A stretch of DNA of 64,000 nucleotides from a virus (taxonomy: Duplodnaviria; Caudoviricetes). The position numbers and the translations under genes are program-made. Positions 22,853 through 32,975 of this stretch are shown here, in pieces. The notes beneath the pieces are model-generated. The model did no database searches. It was given only the letters and a program-made list of their open reading frames with translations, and was not told where the DNA came from. The stretch is taken from positions 192,001 through 256,000 of IMG/VR virus record IMGVR_UViG_3300037722_000745. One strand, written 5' to 3'. The stretch's first letter is position 1. Each line of letters starts with the position of its first letter.

Positions 22853-22949
22853 GGAGGGTGACCCGCGGTTGGACCGCTCAAGGGCTCTACATCCTGATCG
22901 GGCCCGGTGTTGCAGCTCCGGTGGGGTTCGAATCCCTCACCCTCCGCCA
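22853..22949 (+). tRNA. Allo-tRNA-like (8/4) tRNA with CUA (amber) anticodon
   Basis: 8-bp acceptor GGAGGGTG/CACCCTCC, 4-bp T stem, long variable arm, loop CTCTACA (CTA at 22887-22889), G73-CCA. Confidence 0.75.
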
Positions 22950-23257
22950 CCATGATGCGTCTTGCTGCTGGCGTCCGCAAGGATGCTCGCCCGGACCGCC
23001 TCCGCAGCCCCCGTGACGGGCCCCAGCCCCAGCACCGCGAAGAACCGGCGCTTGGTGCCCGTGGTGGCCTCGCTCCACGCGTAGGCCCGGCGCGCCTTGG
23101 GGTGCCCGTCCAGCTCGAACACCTCGACGTCTCCCTCCCAGGCTGTCTCCCCCGTGGGGGCGCGCTCGACTACATGCACAGTCTCGACGTGGCGCGCGGC
23201 GCAGCCGTGAAGGTGCTTGATGGCTTCGAGCAAGGCGTCGGTTCCGGCGGGGTCCAT
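22937..23257 (-). CDS. Hypothetical protein
   Basis: 106-aa ORF inside the TIR element. Confidence 0.6.
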   Translation of the reverse strand: MDPAGTDALLEAIKHLHGCAARHVETVHVVERAPTGETAWEGDVEVFELDGHPKARRAYAWSEATTGTKRRFFAVLGLGPVTGAAEAVRASILADASSKTHHGGGG

Positions 23258-23360
23258 GCCGGAAGCCTAACCCGCCCGGCGGCCGTGCCAAGATCGGGGC
23301 GCCGATCAAATCACCCCACTACCCACGCCCGCGGAAGAGACGCCTGAGAGCCCAGTTCCT

Positions 23361-23849
23361 TCACCTGCGCGGTCCAGCACTCCCCACGCCCGCGGAAGAG
23401 ACGTTGTCTTGCAGCCTCGCCTCGCAGGCTGCTCTGTACACAGCCACGTCTGCTTCCAGCCTATCGAAGCCTGCGTCCGCAACTTTCGCGAGCCATGGAT
23501 ACGTTCGTAGCAGGCGAAGAAACGCGAGCGCCGCACCCGACTCCTCTCCGCGCTTCCACCTTGCGATGGTGCGTGACGGAAGTTGAAACACGCGCTCAAT
23601 ATAGGCGTTGCTGAGCCCACAGGCATCAAGGTAGACCAGCATCGTTGGTATCGATGCCTTCTTTGAGCTATCCAGCGCTTCTTCAATCCTCGAATCGTTT
23701 ACGTCGGCGAAATCACCGCTTTCTCCGCACATTCGGCACCTCAGCTGCTGCATCTTCCACGAAACGGAAGGGCCATATGGGACAGCGATGTTCTCGCATC
23801 GATCGATCGGTTCGAGTTGGGTAGAACCGCATGCTGGGCACTGAGTCAT
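23361..23849 (-). CDS. MqsA-like Zn-ribbon/HTH antitoxin-type protein
   Basis: CPACG...CRMCGE, HTH with TIARWKRGE; C-terminus runs through the I-E-like repeat. Confidence 0.7.
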   Translation of the reverse strand: MTQCPACGSTQLEPIDRCENIAVPYGPSVSWKMQQLRCRMCGESGDFADVNDSRIEEALDSSKKASIPTMLVYLDACGLSNAYIERVFQLPSRTIARWKRGEESGAALAFLRLLRTYPWLAKVADAGFDRLEADVAVYRAACEARLQDNVSSAGVGSAGPRR

Positions 23850-23971
23850 AGCTTCTTCCCTCCTGCTCAGGCGTCGGGTAGAGCCGGTATTTGTAATTCC
23901 GCCGGAGGTCCACTCCGAGGCCCTACACCAGTCAAGCGCGAGCTTTGCCCTTTAGCCGTGGAATTGTGGCA

Positions 23972-25375
23972 TCAATCCGCGCCCTTGAGGTTCGAGACCG
24001 GGTAAAGCCGGTGTTCAACTCTCGCAATCCCCTCCGCCTCTAGAACGGCGAGAACCGCGTCGAGATCCTTGTAGACGTGCCCGCACTCATCAAGCGGCGT
24101 CTTCTTGTGATTGCCCACGATCCCCTCGATCTGGACGCCGCCGAAGGTTCGCTTGACGCTCGCCATCTCGTTGTCGATTCGAGCCTGCTTGTGCCCCAGC
24201 CGGCGCTTCGCTTCTGAGCGGCCTAAGATCCGACCCGAACCGTGGTTCACCGAGCAGGCGGACTTGTAGGCCCCATCTCCCGGGAACAGGATCGCAGCAC
24301 CTTCGTACATCGAGCCCGGAATGAGGCACGGGTGACCCGTAGTCTCCCACGCCGTCCCTACCAGGTCAGGATGCCCTGCCGGAAAGGCTCGGGTTGCTCC
24401 CTTCCGATGCACGAAGCCCCGCTTGTGGGTCCCGTCGGGCAGCACAAGGGTCTCTTCCTGCACCAGGTTGTGGCTGATCTCGTAGTAGACTTCGAGGTCA
24501 GCGTTGAACACTTCCTGCGTCGCCTCTTGAACCCCCACCACGATCTGATGACGGTTCGCGACCGCGAAGTTGGCCGCCGAGTTGTGGTAAGCCCAGTACT
24601 CTCGACCAAGAGGCTCATCTATTCGAAGCCAGGAATCCTCTCGACGGTTCTTCGGTAACCCCCGGAGAGCGGCCCCTTCGTAGAAGAAGTGGTTCGCCGT
24701 CTGCCAACCGTAGCCCCGCGACCCACAGTGGACCATCACCCAAACCGACCCGTCATCTCGATCGACTTGCATCTCGATGAAGTGGTTGCCGCCACCCACG
24801 CTACCGAGCTGGTCGGACACCTTCGAGTAGGCTTTCTCGATGTGACTTAGATCCAACGTCTCCGGGATCGGGATGTACCGCCGCTCACAGAGCGCCTCGT
24901 TGATCCCCAAAGACTTGGCCCCATATCGAAGCACCTCGTCGACCTGACGAGAGCCCAGCCGCCTCATGAGGGCAGGCCGCTCGGACCCTACGCCGGTCGC
25001 CACCCGCTTCTCGACTTCCTCGACCCACTGCTGACGCTTGTGCCGACTCCGAACCGCCTTGGCTCCAAGGTTCACTTTCATGCAAAGAGCCCCGCACGAG
25101 ATGTCGTAGCCCGAGCCGCCCTGGATGATCGTGTCTTCAGTCACGATGACCGAGCCGACCGGCACGCCGTATCCCCTGTGGCAATCCGGCATCAGGTACG
25201 CCCCAATGACCCCCTCGTAGGACGCCCCGTTCGCGATCTGCTGCCAGACCGACTCTTCCGACGCCGCATAAAGGTCATCCGACAAAAAGGCATGAGCCTC
25301 CACCCGCATCTGCCCAACGCGGGGCAGCACGTAGTGATTGTCGCTGACCTTCTGAGCCTGGTACTTGAAAGACAT
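23972..25375 (-). CDS. rtcB: RtcB RNA ligase
   Basis: MPDCHRGYGVPVG, GYDISCG, GSVGGGNHFIE, MVHCGSRG, SHN, HRKGATRA, NHGSGR. Confidence 0.95.
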   Translation of the reverse strand: MSFKYQAQKVSDNHYVLPRVGQMRVEAHAFLSDDLYAASEESVWQQIANGASYEGVIGAYLMPDCHRGYGVPVGSVIVTEDTIIQGGSGYDISCGALCMKVNLGAKAVRSRHKRQQWVEEVEKRVATGVGSERPALMRRLGSRQVDEVLRYGAKSLGINEALCERRYIPIPETLDLSHIEKAYSKVSDQLGSVGGGNHFIEMQVDRDDGSVWVMVHCGSRGYGWQTANHFFYEGAALRGLPKNRREDSWLRIDEPLGREYWAYHNSAANFAVANRHQIVVGVQEATQEVFNADLEVYYEISHNLVQEETLVLPDGTHKRGFVHRKGATRAFPAGHPDLVGTAWETTGHPCLIPGSMYEGAAILFPGDGAYKSACSVNHGSGRILGRSEAKRRLGHKQARIDNEMASVKRTFGGVQIEGIVGNHKKTPLDECGHVYKDLDAVLAVLEAEGIARVEHRLYPVSNLKGAD

Positions 25376-25379
25376 GAGA

Positions 25380-25598
25380 CTACTTCACGTAGGAGAAGGT
25401 GCCGTCCGAAGCCGCCTCCAACCCGAGCTGCTCGCCGGGAATTCGGCTTAGCACGCCCAAGGGCTTGCCGCCCTTCGTGATGATAAAGGTCCGACCTAGC
25501 TCCACCATACGCATCACCTCTCCCGGCCGACCGCGGAGTTCAGTCATCGTGATGGTCTCTAGATCGTTCAACTGGACGGCTTCCTGAATCCTCTGCAT
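25380..25598 (-). CDS. Phd/YefM-like antitoxin
   Basis: TITMTELRGRPGEVMRMVELGRTFIITKGGKPLGVL. Confidence 0.7.
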   Translation of the reverse strand: MQRIQEAVQLNDLETITMTELRGRPGEVMRMVELGRTFIITKGGKPLGVLSRIPGEQLGLEAASDGTFSYVK

Positions 25599-25704
25599 GG
25601 GGCTCCAATTAGGAATGGGGCGACAGCCGAAGCCGCCGCCCCATACCGTCTCAGATTGACAGGGTCGGGTGGCCGTCTTCGAGCCACACTGGTTACGTTA
25701 CCGC

Positions 25705-26179
25705 GTCTCGCCGCAGCGAGCAATCAGGATCGGTCCCCAGCGGCTGATTCCTGCCGGAGGCAGTCACGCCTACTCCGCGTCTCGCCGCAGCGAGCAATCA
25801 GGATCGGTCCCCAGCTGATCATCACGATTCAGCTGCCGGCATCCGCTTCAAGTCTCGCCGCAGCGAGCAATCAGGATCGGTCCCCAGGACGTCCTCGAGA
25901 TCAACGGCAACGAGTACGACGCGAGGTCTCGCCGCAGCGAGCAATCAGGATCGGTCCCCAGCTACGGCGTCCGACGTGATGAGCGTGGCCGCGAGAACGT
26001 CTCGCCGCAGCGAGCAATCAGGATCGGTCCCCAGCAGCGTGCGAGCTGCGGATCGGTGGCTGCAGCCTTGTGTCTCGCCGCAGCGAGCAATCAGGATCGG
26101 TCCCCAGCTGCAAAAACTGGACTTCGCGTTATATGCCGTCCTCGTCTCGCCGCAGCGAGCAATCAGGATCGGTCCCCAG
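25705..26179 (-). CRISPR. Type V (Cas12j) CRISPR array: 7 repeats, 6 spacers (36-38 nt)
   Basis: Identical 36-nt repeat CTGGGGACCGATCCTGATTGCTCGCTGCGGCGAGAC with 3' hairpin CTCGC/GCGAG, 128 bp downstream of cas12j. Confidence 0.98.
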
Positions 26180-26307
26180 GGCTCCAGTGGAAGCCCAGAC
26201 ATTCCAATCGGTTATAAGCCGCATTGCGAGCGGTCCCAAGTACCACAGATTCAGATGTCAAAGAACACGGGCGGAAAGTGCCCAGGGTGTGGGCTAAACG
26301 ACCGAAT

Positions 26308-28464
26308 TCACTCAGCCGCGAGAGACTCCAGGGGGGTAGACGCCACTGAGGCTCTCGCGGCTTTCCGGAGGGATACACCAGTGATGGCTACCATCGCGAT
26401 ATTATAGGCAGCCACATCGATGTCCGCGTTCCCACGGTACCCGCAACAAACACATATGAAAGCTTCACGATTGACTCGGTCTCGATTGGCCTTGTCACAG
26501 TGCCCGCACTCGGGGCACGTCCGTGATGTATTATACGGATCCACTTTGATCACCCGATAGCCTCGGTGCACAGCCAAGTCGCAGAACGCTCCGAAGAGAG
26601 CGTCCATGAGCCACCGCCCTTCCTGTTTGGCTGCGAAGAAACCACCCCACCCTGACTTACGGCTCCCCTTCCCGCCTCTACGGAAGCTGTGATGAAGGTC
26701 CTCGACCGCTACGATGACCTTTCCGCACTGAGCCCGCTTCTCGGCTGTCCTAATGACGTAGTTGACGCAGTGTCGCGACAACTCCTTCTTGCGGATGGAT
26801 AGCTGGTGGTACTTCGAGCTGTTCCTTTCAGCCTCCCATTTGGCTTCGTTCAGTGCCTTGCGGGTCTCGGATGTCAGTTGAGGCCGAAAATGCTGAGCCC
26901 AGTTCACGTCCCATCTCTTGCGAATCTCGGTCTTCCGCTTTTTCCCTTTACCCTTGAAGAAGGGGAACATGTAGAGCGTGTCGTCCACACCACGTTCCTT
27001 CGCCAAGTCAGATAGAATAGAGCTTCGACTGTTCACCTTGTCCCAGGGTACTTCATCCACCGATAGCCCGAGATGGCCACACACCTGCATCTTGGCTTGC
27101 TCTGGTCCGAAGGTATCCAACGCCAACACCTCCGCTTGTTGTTCGGCGGTCAGAGAGCGTACGGCTGCTAACCGCAAATTCTCTTGGTGCTTGTCATACG
27201 CCTTACGAAACCGGAAGAAGTCCTCTACAGTCTGCTCCGGTAACGTAAAAGCCTGCAACCGTTCTACGCACTTCCCTGGACGAATCCGTAGCGCATTCGC
27301 AGCGATCAAGTTGTTGACGCCTAGATCGACACCTACGAGGCTAAACGTCTCCGTGGTGTCATCTAGCATCTTCGACACATAGGATCCCTTCACAACCTTG
27401 GCCTTGACGACCGGCACGACCCCTTGCTTATAGATCAACGTGGCGGTGTAACGTACCGGCTTGCCCGGCTTCTTCACTACACTCAACGTGGGGTCATTCG
27501 TCACCAGATTCAGAAGACTCTCAATCGTCACCGGCACCGATCGGTCTAACAATTTGCGGTACTGTGTGTTGCGGAGAAGCCCTCGGAGATCGAGAAGTGC
27601 CCAGTCATCAGCTACCCTAACGACCGCCAACAACATGTTGTCGTCGATCGCCCCACCACGTGAGCGTGCCCAAGAAGCCCGTTTCCGACGGTGCTTCTTA
27701 ACGGAAAGATTTTCTCGATCCCATGGGGGTACATACCCCGGTTGACCTTCAGGTATCTCTAGCCGATCTACACCACAAGCGGCGATGGGTGTTGACGGAT
27801 CTCGGCTATAACCCGTCACCCCAGGAATGGACCCAGGCACATAGGGCTTCAACTTCATATGCTGGTACCCAAACACGCTACAGTTGATCCCCGGGCGGTG
27901 CCGCAGATGACCTGTCTCATCGAGGGCCGTTTCAGGTTCGTCGAGTGTTAGAAGAGGTAGGCCACGTTCTGCCCGATGCTCGTTCCGCTGTTCAATCTTT
28001 GCTACCTTTTTGCTGTTGCGATTCTCAACCTTCTTGAGAACCCCCTCGTAGGTGGCCCGAGCGTTTTGGAAAATCAGGTTGAGACCTTGGACATTGAAGT
28101 ACCCGTCCGTGTCCACCCGCGTAGCCTTAAGCCAGGCCCTAAGCCCTGCTTCAGACTTCCCAGGATCCGTAGCCTTGAACTCCTCGTAACTCTGAGCATA
28201 GACGTACTTCTGGATCACCACCGACGCTTTGTAGATCGGCCACTCCTCCAAAGGCCGACTCATCGCCACGATGTTACACTTCACCGGAGGTTTGAAATTA
28301 GGCTGTGTTGTGCCCCCCTTTCCTTCAAGAAAGGCCACAGCAGCGCCTTCGCCTTTCGACTTGAGGATCCTACCAGCCTGCCTCGAGTCATGTTTTTTGA
28401 ACCGCAGCCCAGGGAAGGACTTCTTACAGAGGGCGACGAGTGGGGTTTCCTTTTTGTCTGGCAC
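26308..28464 (-). CDS. cas12j: Cas12j (CasPhi) type V effector, 718 aa
   Basis: Split RuvC (VGVDLG, VAVEDL, NADIDVAAYNIA), Zn ribbon CPECGHC..C..C, and NVQGLNLIFQNAR and C-terminal LAAE segments recalled from CasPhi-1; adjacent array; no cas1/cas2 in the window. Confidence 0.93.
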   Translation of the reverse strand: MPDKKETPLVALCKKSFPGLRFKKHDSRQAGRILKSKGEGAAVAFLEGKGGTTQPNFKPPVKCNIVAMSRPLEEWPIYKASVVIQKYVYAQSYEEFKATDPGKSEAGLRAWLKATRVDTDGYFNVQGLNLIFQNARATYEGVLKKVENRNSKKVAKIEQRNEHRAERGLPLLTLDEPETALDETGHLRHRPGINCSVFGYQHMKLKPYVPGSIPGVTGYSRDPSTPIAACGVDRLEIPEGQPGYVPPWDRENLSVKKHRRKRASWARSRGGAIDDNMLLAVVRVADDWALLDLRGLLRNTQYRKLLDRSVPVTIESLLNLVTNDPTLSVVKKPGKPVRYTATLIYKQGVVPVVKAKVVKGSYVSKMLDDTTETFSLVGVDLGVNNLIAANALRIRPGKCVERLQAFTLPEQTVEDFFRFRKAYDKHQENLRLAAVRSLTAEQQAEVLALDTFGPEQAKMQVCGHLGLSVDEVPWDKVNSRSSILSDLAKERGVDDTLYMFPFFKGKGKKRKTEIRKRWDVNWAQHFRPQLTSETRKALNEAKWEAERNSSKYHQLSIRKKELSRHCVNYVIRTAEKRAQCGKVIVAVEDLHHSFRRGGKGSRKSGWGGFFAAKQEGRWLMDALFGAFCDLAVHRGYRVIKVDPYNTSRTCPECGHCDKANRDRVNREAFICVCCGYRGNADIDVAAYNIAMVAITGVSLRKAARASVASTPLESLAAE

Positions 28465-28482
28465 CCGGAGGCCCTACACCAA

Positions 28483-29100
28483 TCAGATGCGAGTCTTGCC
28501 CTTTGGCCGCGGAATCGTGGCGTCATGCAGCCGAAAGCCCAGCTTTGCCTGACCCAACCACGCAAGGACCTGAAGCGTCGGATGGGCCACCAGGTTGTGG
28601 AAGGCCCACGCATGCCTGGCAACCCTGAAGCGCTTGCCTTCGATCATCGCCGGCCGAAGATCCATCACAAGGTCGAGCGCTTGCTGTCCTTCAACCACGT
28701 ACAAGCCGCTGTCTCGCGTGTAGACTTTGACCCTCAAGTGTCTCTCCAACTCTGCACAATCCACCTGGAGAATCGCCTCCCGAAGGATGAGCTGGTCGAG
28801 CACTTTCACGTGAAACGACACTACTCTGCCCCGAGGAACTGCATCACGATCCGATGTGCATGCTCCGATTCCTGTTGAAACTGCCGCCGCCAGAAAGCGC
28901 TGTCGCGCTCGTGCATTTTCCGCCGCTGACACTCCGACAGCCAGAGATAGCCAAACAGAACGGTTCCGATCCCCATCAACGCACAGAAAGCCATACTGCT
29001 CACCTACACCGGATCGTCGGAATCCTTGAAGCCGGGTAGAAACTGCACCCCAGTCGTGAATTCGATCGCCGGCCGCCAAGTCATGCCACAGTGCTGACAC
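28483..29100 (-). CDS. Hypothetical protein(s), boundaries uncertain
   Basis: Overlapping ORFs in the track. Confidence 0.3.
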   Translation of the reverse strand: MSALWHDLAAGDRIHDWGAVSTRLQGFRRSGVGEQYGFLCVDGDRNRSVWLSLAVGVSAAENARARQRFLAAAVSTGIGACTSDRDAVPRGRVVSFHVKVLDQLILREAILQVDCAELERHLRVKVYTRDSGLYVVEGQQALDLVMDLRPAMIEGKRFRVARHAWAFHNLVAHPTLQVLAWLGQAKLGFRLHDATIPRPKGKTRI

Positions 29101-29213
29101 GAATGCGTATGATGGAATTTTGTAGCGAACTCGCCTTGGTCGATATGACGCTTACCGCACTCTGGACACCACAAGAGCAGCGGTATAACCAGGGGTTCAG
29201 ATTCAGGGGTCAC
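29004..29213 (-). CDS. Small Zn-ribbon protein
   Basis: CPECG...HSCQHCG. Confidence 0.55.
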   Translation of the reverse strand: MTPESEPLVIPLLLWCPECGKRHIDQGEFATKFHHTHSCQHCGMTWRPAIEFTTGVQFLPGFKDSDDPV

Positions 29214-29294
29214 TCAATCCTCTTCACCTTCGCGGGCTTTGTTACACCCAGCACTCTATACACCGAACACCGACCGTCGGTGTACTAACACAAC

Positions 29295-29720
29295 GTGGCA
29301 GTGTCGCGAGAAGAAAGCCGGCGGCGTTATAACCAATCCCCAAAAGGGCGAGCTAACGCCAGCCGCCACGCAAAGAGCCCCAAGGCAAAAGCGAGGCGCC
29401 AGAAATGGATGCGGACGCCCAAGGGCAAGGCAGTTCAACGTCAGTACAAGGAACGTCGCCGGGCCTGGATGCAGGCAGAAAAACTTCGCCGTGGTTGTAT
29501 TGACTGCGGCTACAACAAGCATCCCGCAGCACTCGACTTCGATCACATTGTCGGGGAGAAAAAATTCGCCCTATCGAAGGTGTCGCGAAGCCTAGAGGCC
29601 CTCAAAGATGAGATTGCCAAGTGTGTAGTTCGCTGCTCGAACTGCCACCGCATCCGAACTTTCGAGATCCGGCAGTCCGCAGTGGACAAACGCACCCTAC
29701 GCATGGAGAAGGACGCAGCT
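29295..29720 (+). CDS. HNH-like homing endonuclease, reading in-frame into the vWA gene
   Basis: GCIDCG..ALDFDH..CVVRCSNCHRIRT. Confidence 0.75.
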
Positions 29721-30708
29721 ATGTCAAGTACCGCCTACACACTCAGCAGAGATCTATTTCTAATCAAGCAGGTTCTGAGCCAGAACACCCCACCAACCGC
29801 TGCCGTCGAAACGGCAATCAATCATCTCGTTGTGATTGATTGCAGCGGCAGCATGTCCTGGGATCTGCCGAAGATCCGCGAGCAACTCAAACGCAAAGTT
29901 CCGAAACTACTGAAGGAGCAGGACACCATCTCGATCATCTGGTTCAGCGGCCGGCGGCAATTCGGGACGCTGTTGGAAGCCGAGCCCGTCGCAACGCTGG
30001 TCGACCTCCAGGATGTTGAGAGAGCCATCGATCGCTGGCTCAAGCCCGTGGGGCTCACCGGATTCAGGGAACCCCTCGAAGAGGCCGCCAAGGTCGTCGA
30101 GCGCGTGTCCAAGGCTCGCAAGGGTTCGGTCGCCTCTTTGTTCTTCATGTCCGACGGCTGTGACAACCAGTGGGACCGGGCCGAGATCCTCAAGGCCACC
30201 GAGACAGCCGCTGGAGGGTTCGCTTCCACAACTTTCGTCGAGTACGGCTACTACGCCGACCGGCCCCTGCTCACCGCCATGGCCGAGAAGTCGGGCCACG
30301 GACTTCTACATGGGCAAGGAACTGAAGGTCAACCTCAAAGGGTTGTCTTCGCTGCCGAGCCTCAACGATGTCCGCAAGCAACGCGACAAGGGTAAGTTCA
30401 ACGCAGGCGGCGAACTCATGAAGCCCGTGTTGGAATTGGTCGAGAGCTTCCTCGACAGCGATGCTTACAAGCAGGCCGCGGACAAGGACGCCGTCCTGAA
30501 GGCGTGGCTCGAAGGGCAGACCAAAGCCGCCAAAGCCAAGACCCGCGAGCACCTCTACAAGATGGCCGAAGTCTCGTTCGCCCTCATCGTCGGTCAGACG
30601 TGGTTCAGCGAGTTTAACTCTCTCGATGAGAACTCGCTTACCATCACGGTCGATGGTAAGGACATCCCATGCAAGGCCGAGATGCGTGAGATCGAGGTCA
30701 AGATCTAG
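29721..30708 (+). pseudogene. vWA-domain protein with internal deletion/frameshift
   Basis: MIDAS VIDCSGSM and FMSDG; frame change near 30295 joins a C-terminal domain (MGKELKVNL...EVKI). Confidence 0.65.
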
Positions 30709-30734
30709 AGCGGTCCAACTACGGAGCGGACACG

Positions 30735-31034
30735 TTAATCACCGAGACGAGACAACACCTCAGCAAGCATGTCCTTGATGACTGGGATGTGCCGGGTATT
30801 CGTAGCTAGCTCTCGCACATCATCTCGCAAAAACTGAACTTCCTTCTGGAGTATTCGTGTTTGCGCCCCTAGAGCGGTCACATCCAGCCCTGAAGCAACC
30901 AAATCTTGACGCAACAATTGCAGTTCAGAACAAACTGCCTTCAGCGCTTCTAGCGAAGGGTTCAGCGGATCGCGTTGTTCCAAACGACGAATCTCCATAC
31001 CGACCCGGTCCGTTTCGTCACCGCTGCCGCCCAT
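30735..31034 (-). CDS. Hypothetical coiled-coil protein
   Basis: 99-aa ORF. Confidence 0.5.
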   Translation of the reverse strand: MGGSGDETDRVGMEIRRLEQRDPLNPSLEALKAVCSELQLLRQDLVASGLDVTALGAQTRILQKEVQFLRDDVRELATNTRHIPVIKDMLAEVLSRLGD

Positions 31035-31071
31035 ACTTGGTGTGGGTCAACACAAAGAATATGGTAACGAG

Positions 31072-31099
31072 AGGCGTCACCCCTCAGGGTGACGCCTTT
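31072..31099. terminator. GC-rich hairpin, putative terminator
   Basis: AGGCGTCACCC-CTCA-GGGTGACGCCT followed by TT. Confidence 0.55.
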
Positions 31100-31412
31100 A
31101 TAAGAACAACCTGAATAGGAACTCGGTGTGAGGGGAGATGCCACCTGTTTTGTCCGGTAGCCCGCCAAAGCCTAACCGAAACCAACTAGACTTTCCGTGG
31201 CGCCGCCTAGGTAGAACACCCACTCTTGCGGGCTTGCCAGCTCGGTTCGCCACGGAATACCGCCTTGGCTGCCCCCTTCGGAGCGAGGAAGGCGCCCGCA
31301 AAGCCGCGGATGGGTCTACCGCATTTGGAGGGGGTTTGGCTTTTAGGTTTTCGCTAGTTGTTCAGTGTATGAGGAGGAGAAAGCCATGATCTGAGCGAAG
31401 CAGAAGGACATC

Positions 31413-31727
31413 ATGGATGTGATGCAACGAAGAACTCAGCCGAGGTGTGCCATGGGTCAGGCGCATATTAAACAGTACAAAACACTACTCGTGGAGTTAC
31501 TACTAGAGCGTGAGATAAACGGTGGTGAGCTAGGGCAAGAGGCTGAAAGTAGCTACACCGAGCGTCTGTGGGACATTTGGCGGGAACTCACCGATGAAGA
31601 ACAAGATGAAGTCGAAGAATGGGCTGCATCGTTGAACGAGCCGCTCGATGCTCCTGAGGATTTGGGATTGGTCGACACTGTGCCGGCAAGTGGACAAATG
31701 CCCAGACGACGTAAGGACGAGACCTAA
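31413..31727 (+). CDS. Hypothetical protein
   Basis: 104-aa acidic ORF with RBS. Confidence 0.55.
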   Translation: MDVMQRRTQPRCAMGQAHIKQYKTLLVELLLEREINGGELGQEAESSYTERLWDIWRELTDEEQDEVEEWAASLNEPLDAPEDLGLVDTVPASGQMPRRRKDET

Positions 31728-31850
31728 AACAACCGTAGTTGCAGAATTCACACGGTTTCTCAGAATCCACCCCTGAGGGAGGTGAAAGCCTCCCTCGTAA
31801 TTGAAACACCACTGAATAGGAATCCGGTGTCAGGTTGTGACGTGGATCGA

Positions 31851-32396
31851 CTAACCTATCGAGATCAGTCGATCCTCACCGCCGAGGTAAAAAGCCCACT
31901 CTGCAGGAGCCTTGGCGATCGGGATCGCCGGCACCGACAGAGGAAGCTCCTTGGGCCTGTACGGGCGTCTAAGCAACTTCATCTTGGCTTGCTCCGGCGT
32001 CCGCCCCGCCTTGCGGGAGTTGCAGGAGTAACAAGACGTCACGATGTTCTCCCACACCGTTCGACCACCCAACTTCCGCGGATTCACGTGGTCGTAGTTC
32101 AGCTCCCGACGAGGAGCCCGCTTTCCGCAGTACTGGCACGTGAAATTATCTCGAGTCAGAACGTTGGTCCGAGAGAACTTTACGCCCTTCTTGTTGAAAG
32201 GGATCTTCGTCGTAAGCCGGGCTACCGACGGAATCTCAAACGACACGCTTGGGGAAGTCGCCACGAACGGCTCTCCATCCCATGTCGTTTCAAGCGGCTC
32301 GATGTGAGAGTCGAGCAGCTTGCAGATCGCGTCTTGCCACGGAACAATCCGGTGCGCTTGCATCCATGGAGTTAGGATCAGAGTGTGGAATTGCAT
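31851..32396 (-). CDS. McrA-like HNH endonuclease
   Basis: RDNFTCQYCG, DHVNPRKLGG, WENIVTSCYSCNSRK. Confidence 0.9.
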   Translation of the reverse strand: MQFHTLILTPWMQAHRIVPWQDAICKLLDSHIEPLETTWDGEPFVATSPSVSFEIPSVARLTTKIPFNKKGVKFSRTNVLTRDNFTCQYCGKRAPRRELNYDHVNPRKLGGRTVWENIVTSCYSCNSRKAGRTPEQAKMKLLRRPYRPKELPLSVPAIPIAKAPAEWAFYLGGEDRLISIG

Positions 32397-32455
32397 TTGG
32401 TTCTATCGCCTGCGTCTCTTCTTCCGCATCGGCGCCTCCAGCTAGGGTTTTTAAG

Positions 32456-32538
32456 TGCGGGTCGAGGGAGTCGAACCCTCACGTCCTCGCGGACAGTGGA
32501 TTTTAAATCCACAGCGTTTACCATTTCGCCAGACCCGC
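32456..32538 (-). tRNA. tRNA-Leu(TAA)
   Basis: Class II cloverleaf, loop TT-TAA-AA. Confidence 0.9.
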
Positions 32539-32545
32539 GTTAACA

Positions 32546-32637
32546 TGGTGCTCGGGGCAAGGATCGAACTTGCACGCCTCTCGGCAGCAAGGTCTCATTG
32601 AGACCCGGCCGTGTCTCCCTGTTTCCACCACCCGAGC
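32546..32637 (-). tRNA. Leu-like tRNA with atypical, palindromic anticodon arm
   Basis: Acceptor GCTCGGG/CCCGAGC-ACCA; arm GGTCTC-AAT-GAGACC. Confidence 0.55.
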
Positions 32638-32975
32638 ATAACCTCAGTTCAGCGCGGACAAGCCACGCTGTTGGACAGCTGTAACAGCTCCCTTTCGAAC
32701 ATACTGTACGATTCCCTGCGGGCTAATACACAGATCCTCAATAGAAAACCTGACGGCTGCCTTACAACAACTGCGACCCCAACCCGCACTCAGTGCTCGA
32801 CGACCCGCTTGATCACAAGAGCAACGACCGCAATTGAGGCACACGTAAACCTGCTCTTCAGGAACGGCCATAGCATTCCCTCTCCCACACTACACCACGA
32901 AGCACCCTATGAAAGAATTACATCAACGGTGTTCATCTTATCCCCGTGCCTAAAAGGACCGTGCCTAAAAGGACC

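Larger units (their letters stand above)
20149..23324. mobile_element. Non-autonomous TIR element (3176 bp) with 14-bp TIRs and 6-bp TSD
   Basis: GGGTAGTGGGGTGA at 20149-20162 and its inverse at 23311-23324; ACGCCC duplicated at 20143-20148 and 23325-23330; no transposase seen inside. Confidence 0.85.

Noticed and set aside
22887-22889. Amber tRNA as evidence of genetic code 15 recoding
   Set aside because: Long ORFs contain no in-frame TAG and several genes terminate at TAG.
26180-26307. Possible tracrRNA between cas12j and the array
   Set aside because: No anti-repeat seen, and Cas12j is established as tracr-independent; treated as leader.
25656-26407. ORFs of 75-143 aa over the Cas12j array, and similar ones over 51515-52117
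   Set aside because: Translations of stop-free repeat DNA (VSPQRAIRIG and TEAHLHQEWD periodicity).
31280-31320. CGCAAAGCC...GGTCTA resembling a c-di-GMP-I (GEMM) riboswitch
   Set aside because: The upstream GCAAA/GAAA tetraloop-receptor arm is not recognisable.
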